Source: an uncultured Clostridia bacterium
GTDB lineage: Bacteria; Bacillota; Clostridia; Oscillospirales; QAKW01
DNA: 64,000 nucleotides
Direction: 5' to 3'
Assembly: GCA_944385895.1 (NCBI GenBank)
Contig: CALWYZ010000005.1
Coordinates: 55,602-119,601 of the forward strand
This document shows positions 31,045 through 39,528 of this stretch, piece by piece. A program made the position numbers and the translations under genes. The notes beneath the pieces are model-generated. The model worked only from the letters and a program-made list of their open reading frames with translations. It had not been told where the DNA came from and did no database searches. The first letter of the stretch is position 1. Every line of letters starts with the position of its first letter.

Positions 31045-31163
31045 AATATATATGTTTCTAACAAACAATTTAATTTATTGCGCTGATTACATATCAACTC
31101 TGATATAACTAACATTTACTATGTAAAAAATCATATAAAAACTAAAATTTATACTATATAAAC

Positions 31164-31199
31164 AAAAAATGACCGCTATAAGTTTTGCGGTCATTTTTT
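31164..31199 (-). terminator. Intrinsic terminator after the 201-aa membrane-protein gene (bidirectional shape)
   Basis: aaaaatgaccgc / gcggtcattttt stem flanked by A and T runs. Confidence 0.7.
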
Positions 31200-31246
31200 A
31201 TTATTCTACATAAGCCATAAAACGTAAATTTTATAATCTGTTACAT

Positions 31247-31852
31247 TTATGCCTGCTCAGATTTTTTTTGCTTGCTTGCTGTAATGTTAGCTTTTATTGT
31301 ACCCAACGATGCCACTGCCCCAAGTGCATATGCAATAAGCAGATCTTTTATAACATGTGTAAGCAGTTCACCGTCGCTTAAAAATGCCGGAGTGCTGCGC
31401 ACTGCATCAAAAAAGTTTATTCCGTAATCAGCTTTAAATTCATTATATATCGCATATGAAAGACAAAAAAACTCAGCTGCGGCAAGAACCAAAACAGACA
31501 TTATTATCGAAAAAACAATACCCTTGACTGAGCCCTTTTTCCCTGCAAACAGCTGATATCCAAAGCTCGATAATACTACCGTTATCAATCCGCATATTCC
31601 TGCAATAAATCCCATCTGATATATTATGAAATAAAGTATTCCTCCCACCAGCGCAAATAAAAAAGCACCGACAGCTCCCGCAATTATATTTTCACTTTTA
31701 TCCTCAATAGCCTCAACATTGTTCTGCTCGGCCTTTATGTTAAACTTTGTTTGTCCATCATACAAAATATTTGTCTGATCTACAGTGGCATCAATTATTT
31801 CATTTTGCGCCTGTTCTAAAGTCTCTGTATTTTTATTATCATTATTATTCAT
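31247..31852 (-). CDS. 4-TM membrane protein with polar N-terminal region, unknown function
   Basis: 201 aa; about 55 polar residues then four hydrophobic helices; RBS GGAGGGG; divergent from the MocR-like gene. Confidence 0.65.
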   Translation of the reverse strand: MNNNDNKNTETLEQAQNEIIDATVDQTNILYDGQTKFNIKAEQNNVEAIEDKSENIIAGAVGAFLFALVGGILYFIIYQMGFIAGICGLITVVLSSFGYQLFAGKKGSVKGIVFSIIMSVLVLAAAEFFCLSYAIYNEFKADYGINFFDAVRSTPAFLSDGELLTHVIKDLLIAYALGAVASLGTIKANITASKQKKSEQA

Positions 31853-31880
31853 ATTTTCCCCTCCAAATTTACTATTTAAA

Positions 31881-31909
31881 ATTATATTTTATATTACAGT
31901 GATTGTCAA
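31881..31909 (-). promoter_or_regulatory. Consensus sigma-A promoter for the membrane-protein gene
   Basis: Minus strand TTGACA (31909-31904), 17 nt, TATAAT (31886-31881). Confidence 0.65.
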
Positions 31910-31929
31910 TGTAATATTGTACACTGTCA

Positions 31930-31958
31930 TTGACAATTTGATTTCAACTATTTATAAT
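31930..31958 (+). promoter_or_regulatory. Consensus sigma-A promoter for the MocR-like gene
   Basis: TTGACA (31930-31935), 17 nt, TATAAT (31953-31958). Both -35 boxes sit in the shared motif CATTGACAAT, arranged back to back. Confidence 0.65.
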
Positions 31959-32009
31959 ATAATTGATATTATAAAAATTGAATTTACAGAGGAAAATATA
32001 TAACCAGAT

Positions 32010-33110
32010 ATGAAATATAAAATTGAAAAAGCCTGCGGAAAACCAGCATATCTCCAACTATATAACCAGTTAAGAAATGATATTGTATCAAAGATTATGG
32101 CTCCGGGAAGTAAAATGCCGTCTAAAAGACTTCTTGCAGAAGAATTGGGAATAAGCGTTGTAACAGCAGAGCATGCATACGCCATGCTGTGCGATGAGGG
32201 GTATGTAACGGCAAAGGAACGAAGCGGATATTTTGTATGCCGTGACCAGGCTGTATTCTCATCTGCTGCCCCCACGTTTTTTCAGCCACACATTGCCAAA
32301 AAGCAAAAAACGCCGGGCGCCTCGGACAATGCGGACTTTCCTTTTTCTGCATATGCAAAAACTATACGCAGAGTACTGAGTGAATACGGGGAAAAAATAC
32401 TCGTAAAGACACCGGGAAAAGGAAGCATAGAGTTACAAAACGCAGTACGCGACTATCTTGCCAGAGTCCGAGGGATTACAGTATCGTCAGAGCAAATTGT
32501 GATCGGCTCAGGAGCAGAGTACTTATACACGCTTATTACACAAATTTTTTCAAGGAATACTGTTTACGGTATTGAAAGCCCTTCATATGAAAAAATCGAA
32601 CAGATCTACAGAGCAAACGGAGTCAGATATGAAAAGCTAGAGCTTAAAGGCGACGGAATAACAAGCTTTGCTCTAAAAAATTCAAATGCTGAAATTCTGC
32701 ATGTCACACCGTTTCACAGCTATCCCAGCGGTATATCTGCCTCCGCTTCAAAGCGTGCGGAATATGTGGAATGGGCATGCAGTAAAAACGGGTATATAAT
32801 AGAGGACGATTACGAATCGGAATTTTCCGTATTTGCAAAACCTGCCGATACTATCTATTCAATTGCACCCGAAGGCCGCGTCATATATGTTAATACTTTT
32901 TCAAGAAGTCTGTCTGCGGCAATGAGAATAGGGTATATGGTACTGCCTGAAAATTTACTGGAAGTATATGAAAAAAAGCTCGGTTTTAAATCATGTACAG
33001 TACCCACGTTTGACCAATATATACTCGCTGAATTTATAAACAGCGGAGAGCTGGAACGTCGTATTAACAGAACTCGAAGAAAATACAGAAAACTAAAAGA
33101 AAAAAGCTGA
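32010..33110 (+). CDS. GntR/MocR-type regulator (wHTH plus aminotransferase-like domain), short and lacking the PLP lysine
   Basis: N-terminus KPAYLQLYNQLRNDIVSKIMAPGSKMPSKRLLAEELGISVVTAEHAYAMLCDEGYV (GntR wHTH). AAT-like ...TPFHSYPSGI...IIEDDYESEF...NTFSRSLSAAMRIGYMVLP. Confidence 0.85.
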   Translation: MKYKIEKACGKPAYLQLYNQLRNDIVSKIMAPGSKMPSKRLLAEELGISVVTAEHAYAMLCDEGYVTAKERSGYFVCRDQAVFSSAAPTFFQPHIAKKQKTPGASDNADFPFSAYAKTIRRVLSEYGEKILVKTPGKGSIELQNAVRDYLARVRGITVSSEQIVIGSGAEYLYTLITQIFSRNTVYGIESPSYEKIEQIYRANGVRYEKLELKGDGITSFALKNSNAEILHVTPFHSYPSGISASASKRAEYVEWACSKNGYIIEDDYESEFSVFAKPADTIYSIAPEGRVIYVNTFSRSLSAAMRIGYMVLPENLLEVYEKKLGFKSCTVPTFDQYILAEFINSGELERRINRTRRKYRKLKEKS

Positions 33111-33170
33111 GCGTAATATTTACATCAAGTGACATGACATAGATCGAAAGTGTACGTCTAAAAAAACAAT

Positions 33171-33191
33171 CCCCGATGACAAGCATCGGGG
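33171..33191. terminator. Shared hairpin between convergent MocR-like and pduL genes
   Basis: ccccgatg / catcgggg stem, A-run upstream and T-rich downstream. Confidence 0.65.
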
Positions 33192-33198
33192 CTTTATT

Positions 33199-33774
33199 CT
33201 AATCAATTATAATTCCAACGGCATCTCTTGGAAGAGCTACAGCGTTTGCCTCGTCGGTATCAATATGCATCGCTGTTGCAAACTTTTTTGATACCCTGAT
33301 CACTGTCTCATTAAAGACCAGTCCGCGCTCGCTTTCTATTTTAACTGATACTACCTGTCCGTCCTGCAATCCCATTTTTTCAGCGTCATCGGGGGTCATA
33401 TGTACATGGCGTTTTGCGGCAATAACGCCCTCTTCAAGCACTATCTCGCCTGCCGGACCTTTTATTGTGACTGAACCTGAGCCCTTGATATCTCCGCTCA
33501 TACGAATCGGCGCTGTTACGCCCAGAGTTCTTGCATCTGTAAGCGAAATCTCAACCTGTGTCTCGGGGCGTGTCGGTCCTAAAATTGAAACATTCGGTAT
33601 GGTTTTTTTAGGACCTATAAGGTCTACACGTTCTTCGCACAAATATTGACCCGGCTGAGATAAATCACGCTTAGGCGTAAGAACCGCACCTTTACCAAAA
33701 AGCTTTTCCAAATCTTTTTCTGTCACATGCACATGTCTGGCGGACATCTCCACCATTATTTTTTTATCTGCCAT
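33199..33774 (-). CDS. pduL: Phosphate propanoyl/acetyl-transferase PduL
   Basis: 191 aa with duplicated PduL signature: SARHVHVTEKDLEKLFG ... and AAKRHVHMTPDDAEKMG ... AMHIDTDEANA. Confidence 0.9.
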   Translation of the reverse strand: MADKKIMVEMSARHVHVTEKDLEKLFGKGAVLTPKRDLSQPGQYLCEERVDLIGPKKTIPNVSILGPTRPETQVEISLTDARTLGVTAPIRMSGDIKGSGSVTIKGPAGEIVLEEGVIAAKRHVHMTPDDAEKMGLQDGQVVSVKIESERGLVFNETVIRVSKKFATAMHIDTDEANAVALPRDAVGIIID

Positions 33775-33837
33775 TTTAAAATCTCCTTATTATATTTCCT
33801 TCATTTATTATATAACAATTTTTTCATTTTTCAATAA

Positions 33838-34371
33838 TTATTTGAAAAACAGTCTTACAAGTATTCCGGCGGCAATAAATGCCGTAATATCCCCTATAAG
33901 CGCACATGGTATTGTGTGTCTTGTTTTTTTAACTCCTGCCGCGCCGTAATATACGCTTACGGTATACATTGTAGTTTCACTTGAACCGAGCATTACCGCC
34001 GCCACCCTGCCCGTAAAGCTATCGACTCCGAAATTTTCAACAACGGTTTTAAAAAACGCCATCGCACCGGATCCTGACAGCGGACGCAGAATCATAAGCG
34101 GGATCACCGCATCAGGCAAGCCGATAAGTGATGCAAACGGTGCCGCGGCAAAGCTCATTATATCCGATGCACCGGACGACATGAATATACCGATCAAAAA
34201 AAACAGAGTACAAAGAGTAGGCAAAATGGAAACTACTGTACCCAAGCCCTGTTGTGCGCCTTCAATAAATGCTTCAAATACGTTTATCCGCTTTATTGCT
34301 CCTGCCGCTATGATCACAGCTACCAATACCGGTAATACGTAACTTTGCAAAATATTTTTCAGCCCTTTCAC
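33838..34371 (-). CDS. spmB: Spore maturation protein B
   Basis: 177 aa nucleoside-transporter-like membrane protein directly after spmA; GTG start. Confidence 0.8.
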   Translation of the reverse strand: MKGLKNILQSYVLPVLVAVIIAAGAIKRINVFEAFIEGAQQGLGTVVSILPTLCTLFFLIGIFMSSGASDIMSFAAAPFASLIGLPDAVIPLMILRPLSGSGAMAFFKTVVENFGVDSFTGRVAAVMLGSSETTMYTVSVYYGAAGVKKTRHTIPCALIGDITAFIAAGILVRLFFK

Positions 34372-34909
34372 AAATTTTACAGCTCAGTACCGCCGCCGTT
34401 AATGATAAAATCGAGCATATCCAGATACAAGGCAGTATATCCAGCGGTGATGCACTTCCTGCGCTGCGGCGTACAGCGGCAAGCGTGGTCGGGAGAAACT
34501 GTATAGATGATGTATTTATCACGACAAACAGAATCATGGCGTTGGTAGCGGTATCGCCTGATGCCATTGATTTTACAGCGTTGATGCCATAAGGTGTAGC
34601 GGCGTTGCCAAGACCTAAAAAATTGCATGCGATGTTCATTGTAATATCTGTCATAGTCCCACTGTCAAGCGGCCCGAACAGCTTTGTCAAAACAGGGCGT
34701 AAGAGTTTTGACAGCAAATTACAAAGACCTGCCCTGTTTGCCACATTCATAAGACCGCTGTAAATTATTATTGCCGCACCCATTGTGAGCGTAAATTCTA
34801 TTGCACGCTGCCCGCTTTCCAACACAGCATCAGTTACCGCACCTGCCTTTTGCTGCATTAAAGCCGTTATAACCGAAAACAGTATTAGCACATTGAAAAA
34901 CTTACTCAT
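34274..34909 (-). CDS. spmA: Spore maturation protein A
   Basis: ...ACNFLGLGNAATPYGINAVKSM...FVVINTSSIQFLPTT... is typical of SpmA. ATG 34909 preferred. The 3' end overlaps spmB by 98 nt. Confidence 0.8.
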   Translation of the reverse strand: MSKFFNVLILFSVITALMQQKAGAVTDAVLESGQRAIEFTLTMGAAIIIYSGLMNVANRAGLCNLLSKLLRPVLTKLFGPLDSGTMTDITMNIACNFLGLGNAATPYGINAVKSMASGDTATNAMILFVVINTSSIQFLPTTLAAVRRSAGSASPLDILPCIWICSILSLTAAVLSCKICERAEKYFAKLRITGIGSCDHSGRSNKADKRI

Positions 34910-34999
34910 AATTAATTCCAAAATTTCCGAAAAATAGATAGACTTTTATAATTTTTTGTCGTATACTGTATAATAATGATAAAACAAAGGAGCGAAAAA

Positions 35000-35242
35000 A
35001 TGAAAGCGACAGGAATAGTTAGAAAAATAGATGAATTGGGAAGAATTGTACTCCCAATCGAGCTCAGACGGACCCTCAACATCGGGATTAAGGATTCGCT
35101 GGAGATTTTCGTTGATGGAGAAAATATAGTACTAAAGCAGTATCGTCCCTGCTGTATTTTTTGCGGTGAGGGAAATGATATAGTATCTTATAAAGATAAG
35201 AATGTCTGCAAGAGCTGTATTAAAAAACTTTCCGAAAAATAA
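35000..35242 (+). CDS. AbrB/SpoVT-family DNA-binding protein with Cys4 C-terminus
   Basis: MKATGIVRKIDELGRIVLPIELRRTLNIGIKDSLEIFVDGENIVLKQY (AbrB swapped-hairpin N-domain), then CCIFCG...CKSC. RBS AAAGGAG. Confidence 0.88.
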   Translation: MKATGIVRKIDELGRIVLPIELRRTLNIGIKDSLEIFVDGENIVLKQYRPCCIFCGEGNDIVSYKDKNVCKSCIKKLSEK

Positions 35243-35250
35243 ACTTTTTT

Positions 35251-35275
35251 AGAGTCCTAAACGGACTCTTTTTTA
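35251..35275 (+). terminator. Intrinsic terminator after the abrB-like gene
   Basis: agagtcc / ggactct stem followed by T6. Confidence 0.75.
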
Positions 35276-35491
35276 TTTACAAATTAACGTTTTAAAACAA
35301 ATTTAGTACTTATACAGTCAAAATATTAATCAAGCCGCAGTTTCAGCCGAATACATGTAAAATCAAATAAAATGTACCATACATATTATTTTTCAGTATA
35401 CCGTATTGTTTGTTTTTTATATTATTGATTTATTGCTCCTTTTATTATATACTATATAGAAAAGGGAAAATTATGAAAGGAATTTTATACT

Positions 35492-37411
35492 GTGAATAAA
35501 AAGTTTTATATATCAACAGCTATTGCCTATACTTCAGGCAAGCCGCATATCGGTAATACTTATGAAATCGTTTTGGCTGACAGCGTTGCAAGATATAAGC
35601 GCATGCAAGGCTATGATGTTTATTTCCAGACAGGCACCGACGAACACGGTGAAAAAATCCAGCAAAAGGCAGAGGCGGCAGGTATTTCGCCTCAGCAGTT
35701 TGTTGACAAAGTTGCTGCCCAAATAAAGGAAATCTGGGATATAATGAACACAACATATGACAGGTTTGTCAGAACTACAGACAAATCGCACGAGGAAAAA
35801 ATCCAGAAGATTTTCAACAAGCTCTATAAACAGGGCGATATATACAAGGGCGCTTATGAAGGAATGTACTGTACTCCTTGTGAATCGTTCTTTACCGAAA
35901 GTCAGCTAGTGGACGGCAAATGTCCCGACTGCGGCAGAGAAGTACACAAAGCCAAAGAAGAAGCATATTTCTTTAAGCTGTCAAAGTACGCAGACCGCTT
36001 GGAGCAGTATATAGAACAGCACCCCGAGTTTATCCAGCCTCCCGCTCGAAAAAATGAAATGATAAATAATTTTATAAAGCCCGGTCTGTCGGATCTGTGT
36101 GTGACACGCACATCTTTTAACTGGGGAATCCCTGTAACTTTTGATCCCAAACACGTTGTATATGTTTGGATAGACGCTCTGTCCAACTATATAACAAATA
36201 TTGGCTACGATCCTGACGGCAATCATTCCGAAGAGTATAAAAAATACTGGCCTTGCGATCTGCATCTTATAGGTAAGGATATAGTACGCTTTCATACTAT
36301 CTACTGGCCTATACTTCTAATGGCGCTTGGTGAGCCTCTGCCAAAGCAGGTTTTCGGGCATCCGTGGCTTATAATGAGCGACGGCAAGATGAGTAAATCC
36401 AAAGGAAATGTAATTTATGCTGATGACCTTGTAAAACTATTCGGTGTTGACGCAATAAGATATTTTGTCCTGCATGAGATTCCGTTTGCAAATGACGGAG
36501 TCATTTCCTATGATCTGATAATAGAACGTATAAACTCGGAGTTGGCAAATATACTGGGTAATCTTGTAAACAGGACTATTACAATGAGCCGCAAGTATTT
36601 TGATGGTACTGTAAGCCACGGCACACCCGCAGATATCGACAGTCAGCTTATTTCACTTGCTCTTGAAACGCCAAAGCTTGTTGAGGCGCATATGAACACG
36701 ATGCATATTGCCGACGCAATAGACGATATTTTTGCGCTGCTGCGGCGCGCCAATAAGTATATCGATGAGACAGAACCATGGATACTTGGCAGACCAGACG
36801 GAGATCATCAGAGACTCAAAGAGGTGCTTTACAACCTCATAGAAACTATTCGGTTCTGTGCAGTACTTCTTTCTCCGTTCATGCCGGATACGTCAAAGGC
36901 AATACATGAACAGCTCAATCTTAAAGACGGCACGCTGGAGTCTCTTAATCAATTCGGAGCAATTGAAAACGGACATAAGCTGGGAGAAAACAAAATCCTT
37001 TTTGCAAGAATAGACGCTGAAAAAATGATGAAAAAAATAGAACAACAAAATTCAGCAAAATCCGATAAACCAATAAAACCCCAAGAGCAACAAATAAAAG
37101 CAGATGATTTTGGCAAGGTTTCTCTGCGCGCCGCAAAGGTGTTAAGCTGTGAGCGCCTTGAAAAGAGCGATAAGCTTTTAGTTTTGAAGGTAGACAATGG
37201 TTTTGAGACAAAACAGATCCTTTCCGGTATAGCTCAGTATTACAAGCCCGAGGAGCTTGTCGGCAAAACTATTGCACTGGTGGATAATCTTATGCCCGCA
37301 AAGCTGCGCGGTGAAACATCACAGGGAATGCTGCTTGCAGCAGATACACCGGACGGTGTTAAGGTTTTGTTCCTTGACGACAGTATTCCCGCAGGATCAA
37401 AAATAAGATGA
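35492..37411 (+). CDS. metG: Methionyl-tRNA synthetase with C-terminal tRNA-binding domain
   Basis: 639 aa, GTG start. HIGH-type motif KPHIGNTYE, KMSKS, zinc knuckle CTPCE...CPDCG, C-terminal EMAP-like domain. Confidence 0.95.
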   Translation: MNKKFYISTAIAYTSGKPHIGNTYEIVLADSVARYKRMQGYDVYFQTGTDEHGEKIQQKAEAAGISPQQFVDKVAAQIKEIWDIMNTTYDRFVRTTDKSHEEKIQKIFNKLYKQGDIYKGAYEGMYCTPCESFFTESQLVDGKCPDCGREVHKAKEEAYFFKLSKYADRLEQYIEQHPEFIQPPARKNEMINNFIKPGLSDLCVTRTSFNWGIPVTFDPKHVVYVWIDALSNYITNIGYDPDGNHSEEYKKYWPCDLHLIGKDIVRFHTIYWPILLMALGEPLPKQVFGHPWLIMSDGKMSKSKGNVIYADDLVKLFGVDAIRYFVLHEIPFANDGVISYDLIIERINSELANILGNLVNRTITMSRKYFDGTVSHGTPADIDSQLISLALETPKLVEAHMNTMHIADAIDDIFALLRRANKYIDETEPWILGRPDGDHQRLKEVLYNLIETIRFCAVLLSPFMPDTSKAIHEQLNLKDGTLESLNQFGAIENGHKLGENKILFARIDAEKMMKKIEQQNSAKSDKPIKPQEQQIKADDFGKVSLRAAKVLSCERLEKSDKLLVLKVDNGFETKQILSGIAQYYKPEELVGKTIALVDNLMPAKLRGETSQGMLLAADTPDGVKVLFLDDSIPAGSKIR

Positions 37412-38172
37412 CAGGGCTTATTGACACTCACTGCCATCTGTATGAGCCTGATTATGACGGCTTTCGTGATCAGCTGATAAAACAGCTGCCTTATAACGGT
37501 ATTTCAAAGCTCATATGCGTCGGCTGTAATATTGAAACTACACGTCAGTCGATAGCTCTGGCAGAAAAATATGATTTTATATTTGCACAGGCAGGATTTC
37601 ATCCATGTGATACGGCTGATATCAGTGATGATATGTGGACACAAATGAAACAGCTTGCAGAGCATCCCAAAGTTGTCGCTATCGGTGAAATCGGTCTGGA
37701 CTACCACTGGGATGTATCCCCGCGCGACAGGCAAAAGTATTGGTTTGCAAAACAGATAGATTATGCAAACAGTATCGGTCTTCCGGTAGTTATACATTCG
37801 CGTGATGCTACCGCAGACACTATGCAAACGCTTAAAGAGCATTTGCCGAAAAAAGGAGTATTCCACTGCTTCTCCGGTTCGGTCGAAACGATGAATCAGG
37901 TGGTGGATATGGGCATGTCAATTTCGCTGGGCGGTGTAGTCACCTTTAAAAACGCAAAAAATGCAATAATGTGCGCAAAGGAAATACCGCTTGACAGACT
38001 TTTGCTGGAAACAGACTGCCCGTATCTTACGCCGGAGCCGTTTCGCGGAAAGCTCAACCGCCCCGACTATACTATTTACGTTGCTGAAAAAATAGCGGAA
38101 ATCAGAAATATGCAGACTCAACAGATTATAGAAATTACAAGTGCAAACGCAGAAAATATGTTTAATATATGA
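37408..38172 (+). CDS. TatD-family metal-dependent hydrolase (YabD-like)
   Basis: 254 aa, LIDTHCHL..., ...VAIGEIGLDYHW..., ...VIHSRDA..., LLLETDCPYLTP; ATGA overlap with metG. Confidence 0.92.
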   Translation: MTGLIDTHCHLYEPDYDGFRDQLIKQLPYNGISKLICVGCNIETTRQSIALAEKYDFIFAQAGFHPCDTADISDDMWTQMKQLAEHPKVVAIGEIGLDYHWDVSPRDRQKYWFAKQIDYANSIGLPVVIHSRDATADTMQTLKEHLPKKGVFHCFSGSVETMNQVVDMGMSISLGGVVTFKNAKNAIMCAKEIPLDRLLLETDCPYLTPEPFRGKLNRPDYTIYVAEKIAEIRNMQTQQIIEITSANAENMFNI

Positions 38173-39185
38173 GGATTGACATGATTGATACCAGCAGCCT
38201 TCCAATCTCTGTATTCTCCGGGACATATGACAGTAAAAGCCATGTTCAGGGAATTGCCACCGACGGGAAATATATGTACTTTTCCTTCACAACATTTTTG
38301 CTCAAAACAGATTTGAACGGCAATGCTGTAGGCTCTGTGGATGGGTTTACGGGACATTTGGGCTGTATTGCGTATGACGACGGATTTATCTACGGTTCGC
38401 TTGAATATAAAAATGACGCCATAGGTACACAAATACTGAAAAAACTGGACGCAAAAGCCTCTTTCCGTGATACGTTTTTCGCAGTGCGTTTTGATGCAGA
38501 TAAAATTACAAGAATGCATATGAATGCACTGGAAGATAATGTTCTTAAGGGCGTTGGGCTTTCTGATGTTTATAACGATTATACCTATGAGAACCACAGA
38601 TACGGCTGCAGCGGAATTGACGGAATTACCGTATGCAAATATACTACTTCAGCAAATTCTGTTTTTGTGGCATACGGTATATACGGAGATATTAACCGCA
38701 CGGATAATGACAATCAGATTATACTCAGATTTGACGCCGATAAATTGAACAGCAGTCTTATGCCGCTCTGCCCTGACAATCCGGACAGAATAAACACAAT
38801 TACGGCGGACGAAAAAATTTTTATCTATACGGGTAATACGGAGTACGGCATACAAAACCTGGAATACGACCCGTACATGAACAAGCTTATCGCAGCTGTA
38901 TACCCCGGTAAAAAACCGCAGTTTGAAAATCACAGGCTTTTCCTTATAGATCTTGAGGCAGAGCACACACAAACCTCCAATGAACGCCGCTACGGCATAA
39001 ACAGCGTGCACGGCTGTGATTTCCCGCTCGGCTCTACCGGTATTATTGCCCTGGGCGGCGGATATTACTATTTTTCCGAAGACGGTAAAAACAGCGACGG
39101 ATATTTTACTTATGTAAAAATGTATAAAAAAGATACTGAAAGTTTTTCTCCGGTTTATACAAAAACAGCTAATAAAAATGTTTAA
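38169..39185 (+). CDS. Hypothetical protein, beta-propeller-like, no signal peptide
   Basis: 338 aa. ATGA overlap with the tatD stop. Repeated blade-like segments (SHVQGIATDGKYMYFSF, GHLGCIAYDDGFIYGSL, GIDGITVCKY..., GIQNLEYDPYMNKLIAAV). No family recognised. Confidence 0.6.
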   Translation: MRIDMIDTSSLPISVFSGTYDSKSHVQGIATDGKYMYFSFTTFLLKTDLNGNAVGSVDGFTGHLGCIAYDDGFIYGSLEYKNDAIGTQILKKLDAKASFRDTFFAVRFDADKITRMHMNALEDNVLKGVGLSDVYNDYTYENHRYGCSGIDGITVCKYTTSANSVFVAYGIYGDINRTDNDNQIILRFDADKLNSSLMPLCPDNPDRINTITADEKIFIYTGNTEYGIQNLEYDPYMNKLIAAVYPGKKPQFENHRLFLIDLEAEHTQTSNERRYGINSVHGCDFPLGSTGIIALGGGYYYFSEDGKNSDGYFTYVKMYKKDTESFSPVYTKTANKNV

Positions 39186-39303
39186 CCGTCAGCTCCTGCA
39201 AAAAAGCTTGCTAATATCAAAAGGGCGCTATGTAAGCGTGCTTATGTACAGTAATTTTTGATTTAGTTAAACAGCTGTTATCAAACACAAATAAAAATTT
39301 ATA

Positions 39304-39334
39304 ATGGCAGCCGGCTTTCTCGGCTGCCATTTTT
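39304..39334 (+). terminator. Intrinsic terminator after the 338-aa gene
   Basis: atggcagccg / cggctgccat stem followed by TTTT. Confidence 0.8.
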
Positions 39335-39479
39335 CTGCTTACAGACACAAATAAGCACTAACCCGACAAACCCCGAATAACCGACCGCCAATGTAAAAAG
39401 CAAAAATCAAACGTTATGTTTTTAATTTGTTATACCAAACAGATGTCTGTAAAAAGATGCTGATTTTTTATAAAACTAA

Positions 39480-39522
39480 AAAAACATAGGTAAAAGCTTT
39501 AAAAGCTATTATCTATGTTTTT
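39480..39522 (-). terminator. Hairpin after the 169-aa gene
   Basis: aaaaacatag / ctatgttttt outer stem with an internal agcttt..aaagct palindrome, 7 nt past the stop at 39529. Confidence 0.6.
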
Positions 39523-39528
39523 AATATT

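Noticed and set aside
35276-35491. T-box or S-box riboswitch upstream of metG
   Set aside because: I could not find the conserved T-box 14-mer, a specifier-loop arrangement or a terminator/antiterminator pair. The region is simply AT-rich. This is not formally excluded without cmscan.
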